Assembly (NCBI GenBank): GCA_016939335.1
Contig: JAFGHC010000019.1
Span: 23,090-87,089 of the forward strand
Reading direction: 5' to 3'
Source: Candidatus Saganbacteria bacterium
GTDB lineage: Bacteria > Margulisbacteria > WOR-1 > O2-12-FULL-45-9 > XYB2-FULL-48-7
DNA length: 64,000 bases
Part shown: piece after piece, positions 12,148-22,321 of the stretch
Numbering within the stretch: position 1 is the first letter of the stretch
Layout of the letters: every line of letters starts with the position of its first letter
Program-made: the position numbers and the translations under genes
Notes under the pieces: model-generated
What the model was told of the DNA's origin: nothing
The model's database searches: none
What the model saw: the letters and a program-made list of their open reading frames with translations, nothing else

Positions 12148-13044
12148 TTACTTGTATACCGTGAGCGTCCCCTGGCCGGTCCCTAAGCCTCCGATCAGGT
12201 TGGTCGCCTGGACCGGGATAAGGTAGGTGCCGGGCGCCACGTCACTTGGCACGGCGAATTGCAGCGACCAGACATTGTCGCCCGCCTGCGCGTCGCCCTG
12301 CTGCCCGTTATTGGCCAGCTGCATCCGCCCCGGCAGGCGCAACGGCGACAGATCGGCCCAGACGCTGTCGACGTCCTCAAGCCGGCCCGGGTTATCCACG
12401 GCCGCCGTTATTGTAACCAATGTTCCGCTTCCTGCCAAGACCCTCTCGGGCTGCAATCTGACTTCGGTCACGAGCGGGTTCTTTCTTATCTCCAGTGTCG
12501 TCTTCGACAGGGCCAGCCAGCCTTTCTTATTGGCGACCGCTACCGTGATATCCCTGGCGCCGAGCGGCACGCGCGGGGAAACGCTGCTCTGCAGGGTGTA
12601 AACGCCGTCGTCCGGCGCCTTGTCCCCGTAGAGGCCGTTGTCGACCAGCATCGTGTTCGGCAGCCGCCCGATCGTGGAGAGGTCGGCGCGCACGCCGGCA
12701 ATATTGGCCAGCCCGCCCGGATCATCAACTGAAGCTTCCAGCTCGAGGACGGTGCGGCCGTCAGGCGGCAGACGGCGCGGCACCGCCTTGATGTAGTTGA
12801 TGACCGGCGTCAGCTTGACCCGGTTAACCTTGGACACATCGTAGCCGACCGTCCAGGAGAGCAGTTCGCCGATCCTCTGTTTCATAAAATCGGTGGCCGT
12901 GAGGAGCATGACCGCCTGGCCCTTGGTCATCGTTTCCTGCGTTTCGGCTTTCTTCTCGGCCCGCGCGGCCGCGCCCCAACCGCCCGCTCCGCTCAAGAGC
13001 AGGGCCAGAATGAACGTTAAAATATAATTATTCTTCAGCTTCAT
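12148..13044 (-). CDS. Secreted protein with two Ig-like repeats
   Basis: Signal peptide MKLKNNYILTFILALLLSGAGG. Two repeats end in DNGLYGDKAPDDGVYTL and ANNGQQGDAQAGDNVWSL. The stop abuts the kinase start, so the two are in one operon. Confidence 0.5.
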   Translation of the reverse strand: MKLKNNYILTFILALLLSGAGGWGAAARAEKKAETQETMTKGQAVMLLTATDFMKQRIGELLSWTVGYDVSKVNRVKLTPVINYIKAVPRRLPPDGRTVLELEASVDDPGGLANIAGVRADLSTIGRLPNTMLVDNGLYGDKAPDDGVYTLQSSVSPRVPLGARDITVAVANKKGWLALSKTTLEIRKNPLVTEVRLQPERVLAGSGTLVTITAAVDNPGRLEDVDSVWADLSPLRLPGRMQLANNGQQGDAQAGDNVWSLQFAVPSDVAPGTYLIPVQATNLIGGLGTGQGTLTVYK

Positions 13045-14720
13045 TTGGCCGCCTTTTTGAGCAAGTTGAAAAGGCGGTCCCCCTCTTCCTTGGTGACCGG
13101 CGCATCGGGACGGAAGGTGCCGTCCGGGAACGGCGTCAGCAGCCCGGTATCGACGACGATCTTGATGTAGGGCGCCCGCGGGTCGTTCTTTTTGACGTCG
13201 GTATAGAGGTCGCGGTCGACTTTGGGCAACTGGAAGCCGGAGGCCTTGCCCAGCCAGGTCGCCAGGTCACCGCGCGTCAGGCTGGCGTCCAATTTGAATT
13301 CGGCGCCGGGGGTGACCTCGACCACTCCCAGGGTCACCAGCTCTTCGACGCTCTTGCGCTGCGCGGCGATATTCTGTTGCTGCCTCTTCAGGGCAGCAAT
13401 CTCTTCGGAGCTGGTGGCGGTGGCCAGCCGGTCCTTTAGTTCGCGTTCCTCCGCGACCACCACCTTCGCCCGGCGCAAAACCCTGTAGATCCAGTCTTTC
13501 CTTTCACCCTGGTAGCGCGCCTCGACAACGATCAGGTTTTTGCCGAGACGAAGCGGCACGGTCGCCTTAAAGCCGCTGTCGCGGTCGGTGACCGCCTGGG
13601 CGTCATTGATATAGACTTCGACTCCCGCCTTGACCTGCCCCATGACGTCGATCTGCTCGTCATACGTTTCCAGGTTGTCGGCCAGCGAGATCTTCTGCAG
13701 GGCGGTTTCCAAGACCCCCGGGCGGATGATCTCCAGCTTTTTCTGGACCACCCACTCGCCGGGGAAATAAAGGACGGAAAGATACATCCGGTCCTCATCG
13801 CGCAGCGGCTCGTGGCTGCGCACCAGATCGACTCCCCAGACCCCGGTCCGGTAGCCGAAGCCAAGGGTCAGGTTCGTCGCCGGCCCGCCCGGTTTGTCCT
13901 GCTGGATGATGCCGGTGCGGACATAATAGGTTTTGTTGACGCCCCACTCGCCGCCGAGCCGGAGCAGCGCCGCCGAGCTCGTAAGATCGAGCTCGCCGCA
14001 GACAAGCAGTTCGCGTCCGTCGATAAAGACCGGGGACTTGACATCGCCGATAACCTTGGCCGAGGCCCCCAGCTTGAGGCTGGCCGGCACCTCTTCGTTG
14101 CCGCCGACATCCCAGGTCAAGCGGCCGCCGCCGAGCGTGCCGGGCGGCAGGAAGTTCTGCCACGACGCCCCGGCCGACCACCAGTCGCCCCCCTTCCACA
14201 AAATGCCGAGATCCATGTCCCAGCCGGCGGCGGCCCGGTCGTTCTGGCCGGTCTGGCTCAACGCCTCTCCGAGCAGGGCCTTGAGGCTGACGCCAAAACC
14301 GAGTTTTTGGAATAGCTCCTGGTTGGCCAGTTGCGGCAGGAAGTTCAACTTGGTGCCGTAAGACAGTAAAACGACATTACTGCTGGAAGTGGCGCGCCCG
14401 CCCGGCGCCGGAACATTAGCGACCCTGGCGCTGACGACCGCCAGGCCGAGCGAGGAATTGTTGCCGGTAGGAAAGGCCTCGACGTTGGTCAGATTGTCGA
14501 TATTGCTGCCGGTTAAACCGATCCCTTTAACCCAAGCCTGTCCGCCCGGATTGTAGATAACACAGTTGACATCATCGGCCAGCCCGACAAAGGCCGCGCC
14601 CATGCCCAGCGGCCGCGCCCCGACCTCAAGCTGCAGCGGGTAGATTCCCAGATCAGCCAGCTGGGCGCCAGCCGGCCCGATCAGCAGCAGCAAGCAGAGC
14701 AGGGTAAATAATCGTTTCAT
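13041..14720 (-). CDS. PorV/PorP-like outer-membrane beta-barrel fused to Ig-like domain, coiled coil and C-terminal SLH domain
   Basis: Signal peptide. GARPLGMGAAFVGLADDVNCVIYNPGG is the typical first strand and loop of PorV/PorP-type barrels. This is followed by ~300 aa of alternating strands, then EERELKDRLATATSSEEIAALKRQQQNIAAQRK (coiled coil), then the SLH-like LTRGDLATWLGKA...PFPDGTFRPDAPVTKEEGDRLF. Confidence 0.5.
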   Translation of the reverse strand: MKRLFTLLCLLLLIGPAGAQLADLGIYPLQLEVGARPLGMGAAFVGLADDVNCVIYNPGGQAWVKGIGLTGSNIDNLTNVEAFPTGNNSSLGLAVVSARVANVPAPGGRATSSSNVVLLSYGTKLNFLPQLANQELFQKLGFGVSLKALLGEALSQTGQNDRAAAGWDMDLGILWKGGDWWSAGASWQNFLPPGTLGGGRLTWDVGGNEEVPASLKLGASAKVIGDVKSPVFIDGRELLVCGELDLTSSAALLRLGGEWGVNKTYYVRTGIIQQDKPGGPATNLTLGFGYRTGVWGVDLVRSHEPLRDEDRMYLSVLYFPGEWVVQKKLEIIRPGVLETALQKISLADNLETYDEQIDVMGQVKAGVEVYINDAQAVTDRDSGFKATVPLRLGKNLIVVEARYQGERKDWIYRVLRRAKVVVAEERELKDRLATATSSEEIAALKRQQQNIAAQRKSVEELVTLGVVEVTPGAEFKLDASLTRGDLATWLGKASGFQLPKVDRDLYTDVKKNDPRAPYIKIVVDTGLLTPFPDGTFRPDAPVTKEEGDRLFNLLKKAAK

Positions 14721-15964
14721 TCGACGACCAGGAGCGAGGCGTCCTTGTTCCCTTGCCAGCCGAGCCGGTCAATCGCCATTACCGTCAGTATTTTTTCCCC
14801 GCCGACGGCCGCTTGGTAACTGAGGTTGAGCGAATAAACCTGGTCGCCGGCGCGCTCGTCGCCATGCTTGCCATCGTCATAAAGCCGGGCGTCAGGCGCG
14901 CCGCCGAGCTTCGTCAGGTCGGCCTTGACGCTGGCAATGGGGGCAAAGTTCTCCCGTGGGGCAAGCGTCGCCCGCAGTTTAAGGGTAACCGTTTTGCCGG
15001 CGGGCACGGTGGCCGGCTCGACGGTAAATGCGGCGACTTCGGGGGAAATGTTCAAGGCGCAGAACTTGTCCTCGCCATAATCCCGTTCAAAATCGGAGAG
15101 CAACTGGATTGCCGCCTGCGCGGCGGCGAAATGCGAGATCAGCGTTGCCGCTTCGGCGCGGGTGATCGCCCGCTCAGGATCATAGATCGGCAACTTACTC
15201 GCGACATCGGCTTTTGGCTTCTTGCCGGTGGCGACATAAGTTGGCGCCGCGACCTCTGCCCGGGGCGCCTCCTTGAAGAGCGGGCCGATCCGGGAAATAA
15301 TCCCCTCTCCTTCCATGCGCACGGCCAGGTCGGCCGCCTCGGTGCGGGAGATCGGCTCTTCCAGGCCGAACAGCTTGCCCGAGAGCGGCGCCAGGTAACC
15401 AGCTCCGGTCGCGGCCTTGACATAAGGAGCGCGCCAGTGTTCTTTCGGCACGTCAAAGAAGACGTCCTGCGCCGGCGCGGGAACGGGCAGCTGTTTGACT
15501 TTGGCCAGCCAGGTGGCAAATTCACCGCGTGTCACCGGGTTGGCCGGATAGAAATTGCCGTCGGGATAGCCCTCGATGATCCCCAGCGAGGCAAGATAGA
15601 CGATCTGGCCGCGCGCCCAGTGCTGTTTTTCGTCATAAGAGGTCTCGACGTCGGGGAATGTGACCAGCCGCAGCACCCGCAGTTTAATTTCTTCTCCGCC
15701 CTGCCTGCCGGCGGGCAGGACGCGCTGGACCAGCACCAGGTTTTTGCCGGGATTGAGCACCAGACCGCAGGCGAACGAGCCGTCAGCCCGGGCGGGGAAA
15801 GCGGTTCTCTCTATTTTCAGTTCGGCGGCCGGGCTGGCGTTGCCTTGCAGCAAAATAACGTTGTCGAAGGTCTGCTGTTTGTCGGCCGGGTGCGCGATCA
15901 GGATCTCCGCCGTCGCCGCGCCGGCCAACCAGAGGAACGGTAGCAGCCAGAGCCATTTCTTCAT
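14717..15964 (-). CDS. Secreted SLH-domain protein with Ig-like N- and C-terminal domains
   Basis: Signal peptide. SLH repeats FPDVETSYDEKQHWARGQIVYLASLGIIEGYPDGNFYPANPVTRGEFATWL and FFDVPKEHWRAPYVKAATGAGYL. The C-terminal motif YDDGKHGDERAGDQVYSL is shared with 12148-13044. Confidence 0.6.
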   Translation of the reverse strand: MKKWLWLLPFLWLAGAATAEILIAHPADKQQTFDNVILLQGNASPAAELKIERTAFPARADGSFACGLVLNPGKNLVLVQRVLPAGRQGGEEIKLRVLRLVTFPDVETSYDEKQHWARGQIVYLASLGIIEGYPDGNFYPANPVTRGEFATWLAKVKQLPVPAPAQDVFFDVPKEHWRAPYVKAATGAGYLAPLSGKLFGLEEPISRTEAADLAVRMEGEGIISRIGPLFKEAPRAEVAAPTYVATGKKPKADVASKLPIYDPERAITRAEAATLISHFAAAQAAIQLLSDFERDYGEDKFCALNISPEVAAFTVEPATVPAGKTVTLKLRATLAPRENFAPIASVKADLTKLGGAPDARLYDDGKHGDERAGDQVYSLNLSYQAAVGGEKILTVMAIDRLGWQGNKDASLLVVE

Positions 15965-16036
15965 GGCGGATATTTTAGCACATAAATATAATTCTTGCCC
16001 CGACCGTCGTTCTTTGCTATCATATACTCACAAAAA

Positions 16037-18277
16037 ATGTTCTTAAAATCGTTGGCCCTGCGCGGCTTCAAAACATTTGCCGAGTCGACAGAGCTGGAAT
16101 TCGGCGCCGCGGCCCGGATCACCGCCATCGTCGGCCCCAACGGCTGCGGCAAAAGCAATCTGCTTGACGCCGTGCGCTGGGTCCTGGGCGAGGATAACTG
16201 CCGCCAGCTGCGCGTTGCCGCCCTGACCGACATAATTTTCGCCGGCACCAACCGGCGCAAACCGCTGTCGCTGGCCGAGGTTGGCCTGCTTTTCGACAAT
16301 TCGTCGGACAAGCTTAACCTCCCCTTCGCCGAGGTCGGCATCCGCCGCCGCGTTTTCCGCGAGGGGGAGAGCGAATTCTTCATCAATAAAAACCTCTGCC
16401 GCCTCAAGGACATCAGGGACTTGCTGCTTGACACCGGCCTGGGCGAAGGGACTTATTCCATCATTACCCAGGGGCAGGTCGACGCGGTCCTCTCCAGTAA
16501 AGGCGAAGAGCGCCGGGCCGTCTTCGAAGAAGCGGCCGGCATCAACAAGTACAAGACCCGCAAGCTGAACGCCGAGAAAAAGCTGATCGCCGCCGAACAG
16601 AACATCCTGCGCATCAATGACCTGAAGATCGAGGTCGGCGAGCAGCTGCTGACGCTGGAAGAGCAGGCGCGCCGCGCCCGGGAGTACCTGGAACTGCAAA
16701 AAGAGAGCAAGGCGATCGAAATCGGCCTGACCAAAAGGCAGATCAGCGGCCTGCTGGAGAGGAAAGCCAAGATCGAGGCCGAACTGGCGACCGCCCGGCA
16801 GGCCGCGCACGAACAGCTCGCAACGGAGCAAAAAGACGAGGCCGAACTGATCGGGCTCAAGGAGCGGCTCCGGAAAAAAGAGCTGGAGATCGACGAACTG
16901 CTGGTCAAACTGGACGAAGAAAAGGACCGGCAGCGCGACCGCGAGCTCAACCGGCGTTTCCTCGAGGGCGAACTCGAGCGGGAGGAAAGGCGGGCCCGGG
17001 AGCTGGCCGGCCAGAAAGCGGAGCTTTTAAAGAAGATCGAGGAGCTGCAGACCAAAGCAGATGAGGGAAATTCCCCACACTTAAGTGTGGGGAATTGTAG
17101 CCCCGCTGTTGGAGAAGCGGTTCGATCCCTTTTTGCGCAGATGAAAGAAGCCGTCGCCCTTTTTTCCGGTATTTTCTCTTTCTTCAGCGAAGAAGCGGTC
17201 TTCCCCCACGCCGAGCAGAAACTTAACGAGGCCATTCAGTTAAAGATCGACCTGCTCAATGAAGAGCTCAAGCGCCTGGAAACCGAAAGCGAACGGGTCG
17301 GCTTCGGCCTGCAGGCCCACCGCAGCCAGCTGCACGTTTATGCCCCTCAGGCGGCCGGCGCTTCCCAACCGGCCGCCCGGCCCGAAACGATCGCCGCCCG
17401 CCGGGCGGAACGCGACCGCCTGCGCCAGGAGATCGACGGCCTCGAGGAGAAAAAGCGGCGGGAAGACAGGGATGAGCGCTCGTCCGAAGGCCGGGTCACT
17501 GAACTGGAAATCGCCCTGGCCAAGATCGAAGGGGAGATGACCGGCCTGTCGGAAAAACTGTTCAATGAGTATAACCTGACGCTGCCGGAGATCGACGCCC
17601 TGCCGCACACGGTCGCCAACGCCGCCAAGGCGCGCGCCGAACTCGATGAGAAAAAGGGCCGGCTGCGGGCGCTCGAGCCGGTCAACCTGCTGGCGGTCGA
17701 AGAATTCGAAAAGAGCCGCGACCGCCTTTCCTATATCGAGGCCCAGCTCGCCGACCTCGACTCGGCCCGTGACAGCCTGCGCGCGCTGGTCAGCGAGCTC
17801 GACGCGCGCGCCGAACAGCATTTTTTGCGCACCATGGAGCAGCTGTCGCTGGTCTTTTCCGAGACCTTCGCCCGGTTATTTTCCGGCGGCGAGGCCGTGG
17901 TCAATCTGTCCGCCGACCGGCCGCCGCTCGAGGCGGAGATCGAGATCTCGGTGCGGCCGCCGGGCCGCCGCTGGCTCCCCCTCTCGCAGCTCTCCGGCGG
18001 CGAGCGCTCGCTTTGCGCCATTGCCATTCTCTTCTCGCTGATGAAGATCCGCCCCTCGCCCTTTTGCTTCCTCGACGAGGTCGACGCCGCGCTCGACGAG
18101 GCCAACATCAGCCGCTTCACCGATATGCTCAAGGATTTTGCCTCGACCACGCAGATCCTGGTCATCACCCACAATAAACGGACGATGGCTGCCGCCGACA
18201 GCATCTACGGCGTGACGATGGAGGAACCGGGGGTCTCCAAAATCATTTCCATGAAACTGACGGGAGCGGCTGCCTGA
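16037..18277 (+). CDS. smc: SMC-family chromosome partition ATPase, unusually short (746 aa) with no recognisable hinge
   Basis: N-head MFLKSLALRGFKTFAEST...GPNGCGKSNLLDA. C-head LSGGERSLCAIAILFSL, FCFLDEVDAALD. There are heptad-rich arms, but only ~50 aa (ADEGNSPHLSVGNCSPAVGEAVRSLF...) where a ~180-aa hinge is expected. Confidence 0.8.
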   Translation: MFLKSLALRGFKTFAESTELEFGAAARITAIVGPNGCGKSNLLDAVRWVLGEDNCRQLRVAALTDIIFAGTNRRKPLSLAEVGLLFDNSSDKLNLPFAEVGIRRRVFREGESEFFINKNLCRLKDIRDLLLDTGLGEGTYSIITQGQVDAVLSSKGEERRAVFEEAAGINKYKTRKLNAEKKLIAAEQNILRINDLKIEVGEQLLTLEEQARRAREYLELQKESKAIEIGLTKRQISGLLERKAKIEAELATARQAAHEQLATEQKDEAELIGLKERLRKKELEIDELLVKLDEEKDRQRDRELNRRFLEGELEREERRARELAGQKAELLKKIEELQTKADEGNSPHLSVGNCSPAVGEAVRSLFAQMKEAVALFSGIFSFFSEEAVFPHAEQKLNEAIQLKIDLLNEELKRLETESERVGFGLQAHRSQLHVYAPQAAGASQPAARPETIAARRAERDRLRQEIDGLEEKKRREDRDERSSEGRVTELEIALAKIEGEMTGLSEKLFNEYNLTLPEIDALPHTVANAAKARAELDEKKGRLRALEPVNLLAVEEFEKSRDRLSYIEAQLADLDSARDSLRALVSELDARAEQHFLRTMEQLSLVFSETFARLFSGGEAVVNLSADRPPLEAEIEISVRPPGRRWLPLSQLSGGERSLCAIAILFSLMKIRPSPFCFLDEVDAALDEANISRFTDMLKDFASTTQILVITHNKRTMAAADSIYGVTMEEPGVSKIISMKLTGAAA
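17069..17096. repeat. Perfect 28-nt palindrome of the CCCCACAC family, inside the smc reading frame
   Basis: aattccccacactt|aagtgtggggaatt is a perfect reverse complement. It has the same core as the hairpins at 57456-57631. Confidence 0.9.
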
Positions 18278-21018
18278 TGAGCAAACACCGCCGTTTTTAT
18301 TTCGCCGCGCTGACCTTGCTGCTGGCCGCCGGCCTGGCCCTGCTGGCCGGGGCCCAGACTAAAAAAGAGCTCCCAAAATTCACCGTTAAATCACCTCACC
18401 CGCTCTGGGCGGATTACGGTGTCATCATCAACGACTCGGCCGGCAACACGCCCCAGCAAAATCCGCAGTTGGTTACTCTCTCCGACGGCAATCTGGGGTT
18501 GGTCTGGGAAGACGGGCGCAACGGCTATACCAACATTTTTGCCCAGAAGCTTGACCGGAGCGGCACGCGGCTCTGGGCCGATGTCAAACTACAAGCTGGC
18601 GGCAAGCCCAATATCTATGGCAATCAGAACAACCCGGCAGTGATCGACGACGGAGCAGGCGGCGTTATCGTCGCCTGGCAGGGCTACTGCAACGGCAGCG
18701 CCGATATCTTCGCCCAGCATGTCAGCGCCGCCGGCGCGGTTCTCTGGGGCCAGGCCGGCATCGCCGTTTGCAACGCGCCCGCCGGCCAATTCGCCCCCCG
18801 GCTCGCCTCCGACGGGGCGGGTGGCGCCATCATCGCCTGGCATGATTACCGCAGCGGCGCCGGAGAAGATGTCTACGCCCAGCGCATCGACAAGAACGGA
18901 CAGGCGATCTGGGCCAGCAACGGCGTGCCGGTCTGCACTTTGCCCGGAACCCAGTGGTATCCCAGGATCGCCAGCGACGAGGCGGGCGGCGCCGTGATCG
19001 TCTGGACCGACGGGCGCGTCAGCTCTTCCGACAATAACATCTACGGCCAACGACTCAATGCCGCCGGCAAGCCGCTCTGGGACAAGGACGGCCTGGCGGT
19101 CTGCTCTGCCCCGCAAAACCAGGAAAAGCCGGTCATTCTTGCCTCGGACAAGGGCTCGGTCATCGTCGCCTGGCAGGATTCGCGCGCCGGGAATCTCGAT
19201 ATCTACGCGCAGAAGCTCGGCGGCAACGGCAAGCCGCTCTGGAACAAGGACGGGGTCGCCGCCGTGATCGCTCCTTATGCACAGGAAGACCCTCAGTTGG
19301 CTGACGACGGCGGCGGCGGGGCGGTCGTCGTCTGGGCTGACGACCGGGAAGAAAACCCGGCGATCTACGCCCAAAAAATCTCAGCCGACGGCACCGTCCA
19401 GTGGGAAGATACCGGCCGCCAGCTCGCCAAGGCCCCCGGCCGGCAAGAAAGCCCCTGCGTAGTTAAATTACAAAGCCCTAACTGGCTGGTAGTCTGGCAG
19501 GATTCCCGCAAGGGCTTTCCGCTGATCTACGGCCAGAAGATCAGTCACACCGGGATCAATATGTGGCCCGAGGCCGGACTGCCGCTGGCACCCGGCAACA
19601 AGGCGCAGGAAAGACCGGCGCTCGCCCTGGCCGGGGAAGATCAGGCTGTTGCTGTCTGGCAAGACCGCCGCAACGGTGAATATGACATTTACGGCCAAAA
19701 GATCTCCGGCGACGGCATCCAGGGCTGGGAGGAAGAAGGCAAAGTCCTGGCCAACGCCACCGGTTCCGTCCTGCACCAGAACGTCGGCTTGATCGACAAT
19801 GGCCAGGGCGAGGCCTTAGTGGTTTTTGAGGACGCCCGTTCCGGTTATCTCAATATTTACCTGCAAAAGCTGGGCAAGGATGGCACTTTGCTCTGGGGCA
19901 GGAACGCGGTGCCGGTCGCCAAGATCAAGGCCGACCAGGCCAATCCGCAAATCGTTCCCGACGGAACGGGCGGGGCCATTATCGCCTGGGAAGACCACCG
20001 CAATCCCCGCTTCACCAAGATCTTTGCCCAGCGGGTCTCGGGCGCGGGCGAAAAGGTCTGGAAATCCGGCAGCCGGCCGCTCACGCGGTTCGACTCGCGT
20101 CAAACGTCGCCGGTCATAGTTTCCGACGGCGCGGGCGGCGCCATCGCGGTCTGGCAGGATGAGCGGAATGTTTTGAGCTTGAAAGATCTCTATGGCCAAA
20201 GGATTTCTGCCAAAGGCGACCTGCTCTGGGGCAATGACGGCTTGCCGATCTGCGGCGAGAACGGCGACCAGCTGGAGCAAGCCCTGACTTCCGACGGGGC
20301 GGGCGGCGTTATCCTGGCCTGGACCGATTTCCGGCGGGGCGACCGCAATCCCGACATCTACGCCCAGCGGCTTGACGGCAGCGGCAGTCTCCTCTGGGCC
20401 AATGAGGGCCTGCTGGTTTGCGGCGCGCCGGACGTTCAGAAAGCGCCGGCCATCAGCGGCGACGGCCAGAGCGGTTTTATCGTCGCCTGGACCGACAAGG
20501 GGGGCGGCAGCTATGATGTCTATGCCCAGCGGATAAACAGTCAGGGGAAAGCGCTCTGGCTGACCGACGGCATCCCGATCTCCCAGGTGCCCCGCACCCA
20601 GCAAAACCCGCTGCTGGGCAATCAGGTCATTGTTTGGGAAGATTACCGTTACGGCAACTGGGACATTTATGCCAATTCAATCTCGTTTGACGGGAAGCTG
20701 CTCTGGGGCGAGGAGGGAGTGCCGATCGTTTCGGTGCCGCTGACGCAATATTCGCCAAAGATGATCGGCTGGGGCGGCAACACGATCATCGCCTGGGAAG
20801 ATTACCGTGAGGGGAGGCAGTACGAGATCTTCATGCAGATGCTCGATGACCTGGGCCGCCGCGTCTGGACGGACAACGGTTTTCAGGTCAAATCGACTGA
20901 CGGCGCCCGCGCGCCGAAGCTCCTGGCGCTGCCCGAGATCGATGCCTTTCTCGTGGTCTGGGAGGATTACACCGGCGGCGGCAAGGCGATCTCCGGCCAG
21001 CTCTTTTCCAAGGACTAA
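18277..21018 (+). CDS. Secreted repeat protein: about 15 tandem ~55-60-aa repeats, beta-propeller-like
   Basis: Signal peptide [26 protein letters not shown]. The recurring unit is ..P.(I/V).SDG.GGAI(I/V)AW.D.R.G..DIYAQR(I/L)...G..LW...G(V/L)P(V/I)C. The start ATG overlaps the smc stop (cTGATGa). Confidence 0.6.
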   Translation: MSKHRRFYFAALTLLLAAGLALLAGAQTKKELPKFTVKSPHPLWADYGVIINDSAGNTPQQNPQLVTLSDGNLGLVWEDGRNGYTNIFAQKLDRSGTRLWADVKLQAGGKPNIYGNQNNPAVIDDGAGGVIVAWQGYCNGSADIFAQHVSAAGAVLWGQAGIAVCNAPAGQFAPRLASDGAGGAIIAWHDYRSGAGEDVYAQRIDKNGQAIWASNGVPVCTLPGTQWYPRIASDEAGGAVIVWTDGRVSSSDNNIYGQRLNAAGKPLWDKDGLAVCSAPQNQEKPVILASDKGSVIVAWQDSRAGNLDIYAQKLGGNGKPLWNKDGVAAVIAPYAQEDPQLADDGGGGAVVVWADDREENPAIYAQKISADGTVQWEDTGRQLAKAPGRQESPCVVKLQSPNWLVVWQDSRKGFPLIYGQKISHTGINMWPEAGLPLAPGNKAQERPALALAGEDQAVAVWQDRRNGEYDIYGQKISGDGIQGWEEEGKVLANATGSVLHQNVGLIDNGQGEALVVFEDARSGYLNIYLQKLGKDGTLLWGRNAVPVAKIKADQANPQIVPDGTGGAIIAWEDHRNPRFTKIFAQRVSGAGEKVWKSGSRPLTRFDSRQTSPVIVSDGAGGAIAVWQDERNVLSLKDLYGQRISAKGDLLWGNDGLPICGENGDQLEQALTSDGAGGVILAWTDFRRGDRNPDIYAQRLDGSGSLLWANEGLLVCGAPDVQKAPAISGDGQSGFIVAWTDKGGGSYDVYAQRINSQGKALWLTDGIPISQVPRTQQNPLLGNQVIVWEDYRYGNWDIYANSISFDGKLLWGEEGVPIVSVPLTQYSPKMIGWGGNTIIAWEDYREGRQYEIFMQMLDDLGRRVWTDNGFQVKSTDGARAPKLLALPEIDAFLVVWEDYTGGGKAISGQLFSKD

Positions 21019-22211
21019 AGTTTGTTCGCCCGCTTTTTCAGCTCGGCCGCCTTATCGGTCTTTTCCCACGGCAGGTTGAGGTCGTCCCGCCCGAAGTGGC
21101 CGTAAGCGGCGACTTGCTTGTAAAGCGGCCGGCGCAAATTCAGGTGCTTGATGATCAACCCGGGCCGCAGGTCAAACGCCTCCTCGATCAATTCCGCGAT
21201 TCGTTTGTCGGGGATCTTGCCCGTGCCAAAAGTGTCGACCATGATCGAGAGCGGCCGGGCGATGCCGATGGCGTAAGCCAGCTGGACCTCGCATTTGTCG
21301 GCCAGGCCGGCCGCCACGACATTCTTGGCGACCCAGCGGGCGGCGTAAGCGCCCGAACGGTCGACTTTGGTCGGGTCCTTGCCGCTGAACGCGCCGCCGC
21401 CGTGGCGGGCGTAGCCGCCGTAGGTATCAACGATGATCTTGCGCCCGGTCACCCCGGTGTCGCCCTGCGGCCCCCCGATCACGAACCGCCCCGTCGGGTT
21501 GACATAAAACTTGATCTTGTCGTCCACCAGTTCTTCCGGCAGGATCGGCAGAACGACCCGCTCGACTATTTCCTGATGGATCTTTTTCATATCAACTTCC
21601 GGCGCGTGCTGGGCGGCGATCAGCACGGTATGGATTCTGGCCGGCTTGCCATCATGGTATTCAACGGTGACCTGCGACTTGCCGTCCGGCCGCAGATAAG
21701 CCAGTTCGCCGGTCTTGCGGACGTCGGCCAGTTTTTTCACTAATTTATGCGAAAGGACTATCGGCAGCGGCATCAGTTCCTTGGTCTCGTTGCAGGCAAA
21801 ACCGAACATTAAGCCCTGGTCCCCGGCCCCCAGTCCCTCCAGATCTTCTTTAACGACCTCGCCGCCGCGAATTTCTAATGCTTTATCCACTCCCCGGGCA
21901 ATATCCTTCGACTGTCCCTGGATCGCGACTATGACGCCGCAGGTCTCGTAATCGAAACCGTAGACGGCGCGGGTATAGCCGATCTCCTTGATAGTATTGC
22001 GCACGATGTTGGGGATCTCGACGTAGGTCCCGGTCGTCACTTCGCCGGCGACCAGGCAAATGCCGTTGGTCGCCAGTGTTTCCACCGCCACGCGGCCGGT
22101 CGGGTCCTTTTCTAAAATAGCGTCAAGAATAGCGTCGGAGACCTGGTCGCAGACCTTATCGGGGTGTCCTTCGGTCACGGATTCAGAAGTAAAAAGATTG
22201 CCTGCTTTCAT
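21015..22211 (-). CDS. metK: S-adenosylmethionine synthetase
   Basis: [39 protein letters not shown]. Start set at the second ATG (MKAGNLF), which has gagggagg 8 nt upstream. Confidence 0.95.
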   Translation of the reverse strand: MKAGNLFTSESVTEGHPDKVCDQVSDAILDAILEKDPTGRVAVETLATNGICLVAGEVTTGTYVEIPNIVRNTIKEIGYTRAVYGFDYETCGVIVAIQGQSKDIARGVDKALEIRGGEVVKEDLEGLGAGDQGLMFGFACNETKELMPLPIVLSHKLVKKLADVRKTGELAYLRPDGKSQVTVEYHDGKPARIHTVLIAAQHAPEVDMKKIHQEIVERVVLPILPEELVDDKIKFYVNPTGRFVIGGPQGDTGVTGRKIIVDTYGGYARHGGGAFSGKDPTKVDRSGAYAARWVAKNVVAAGLADKCEVQLAYAIGIARPLSIMVDTFGTGKIPDKRIAELIEEAFDLRPGLIIKHLNLRRPLYKQVAAYGHFGRDDLNLPWEKTDKAAELKKRANKL

Positions 22212-22321
22212 TTTATTTGCCTCCCTCATACGAGCGGACCGACTTTTTCAATGAAGTTTGCTTAGTATACTCCGGCCGGTTTGCTTTGTCAAACCGAACT
22301 CTATATAATTATTAGCGGCAT

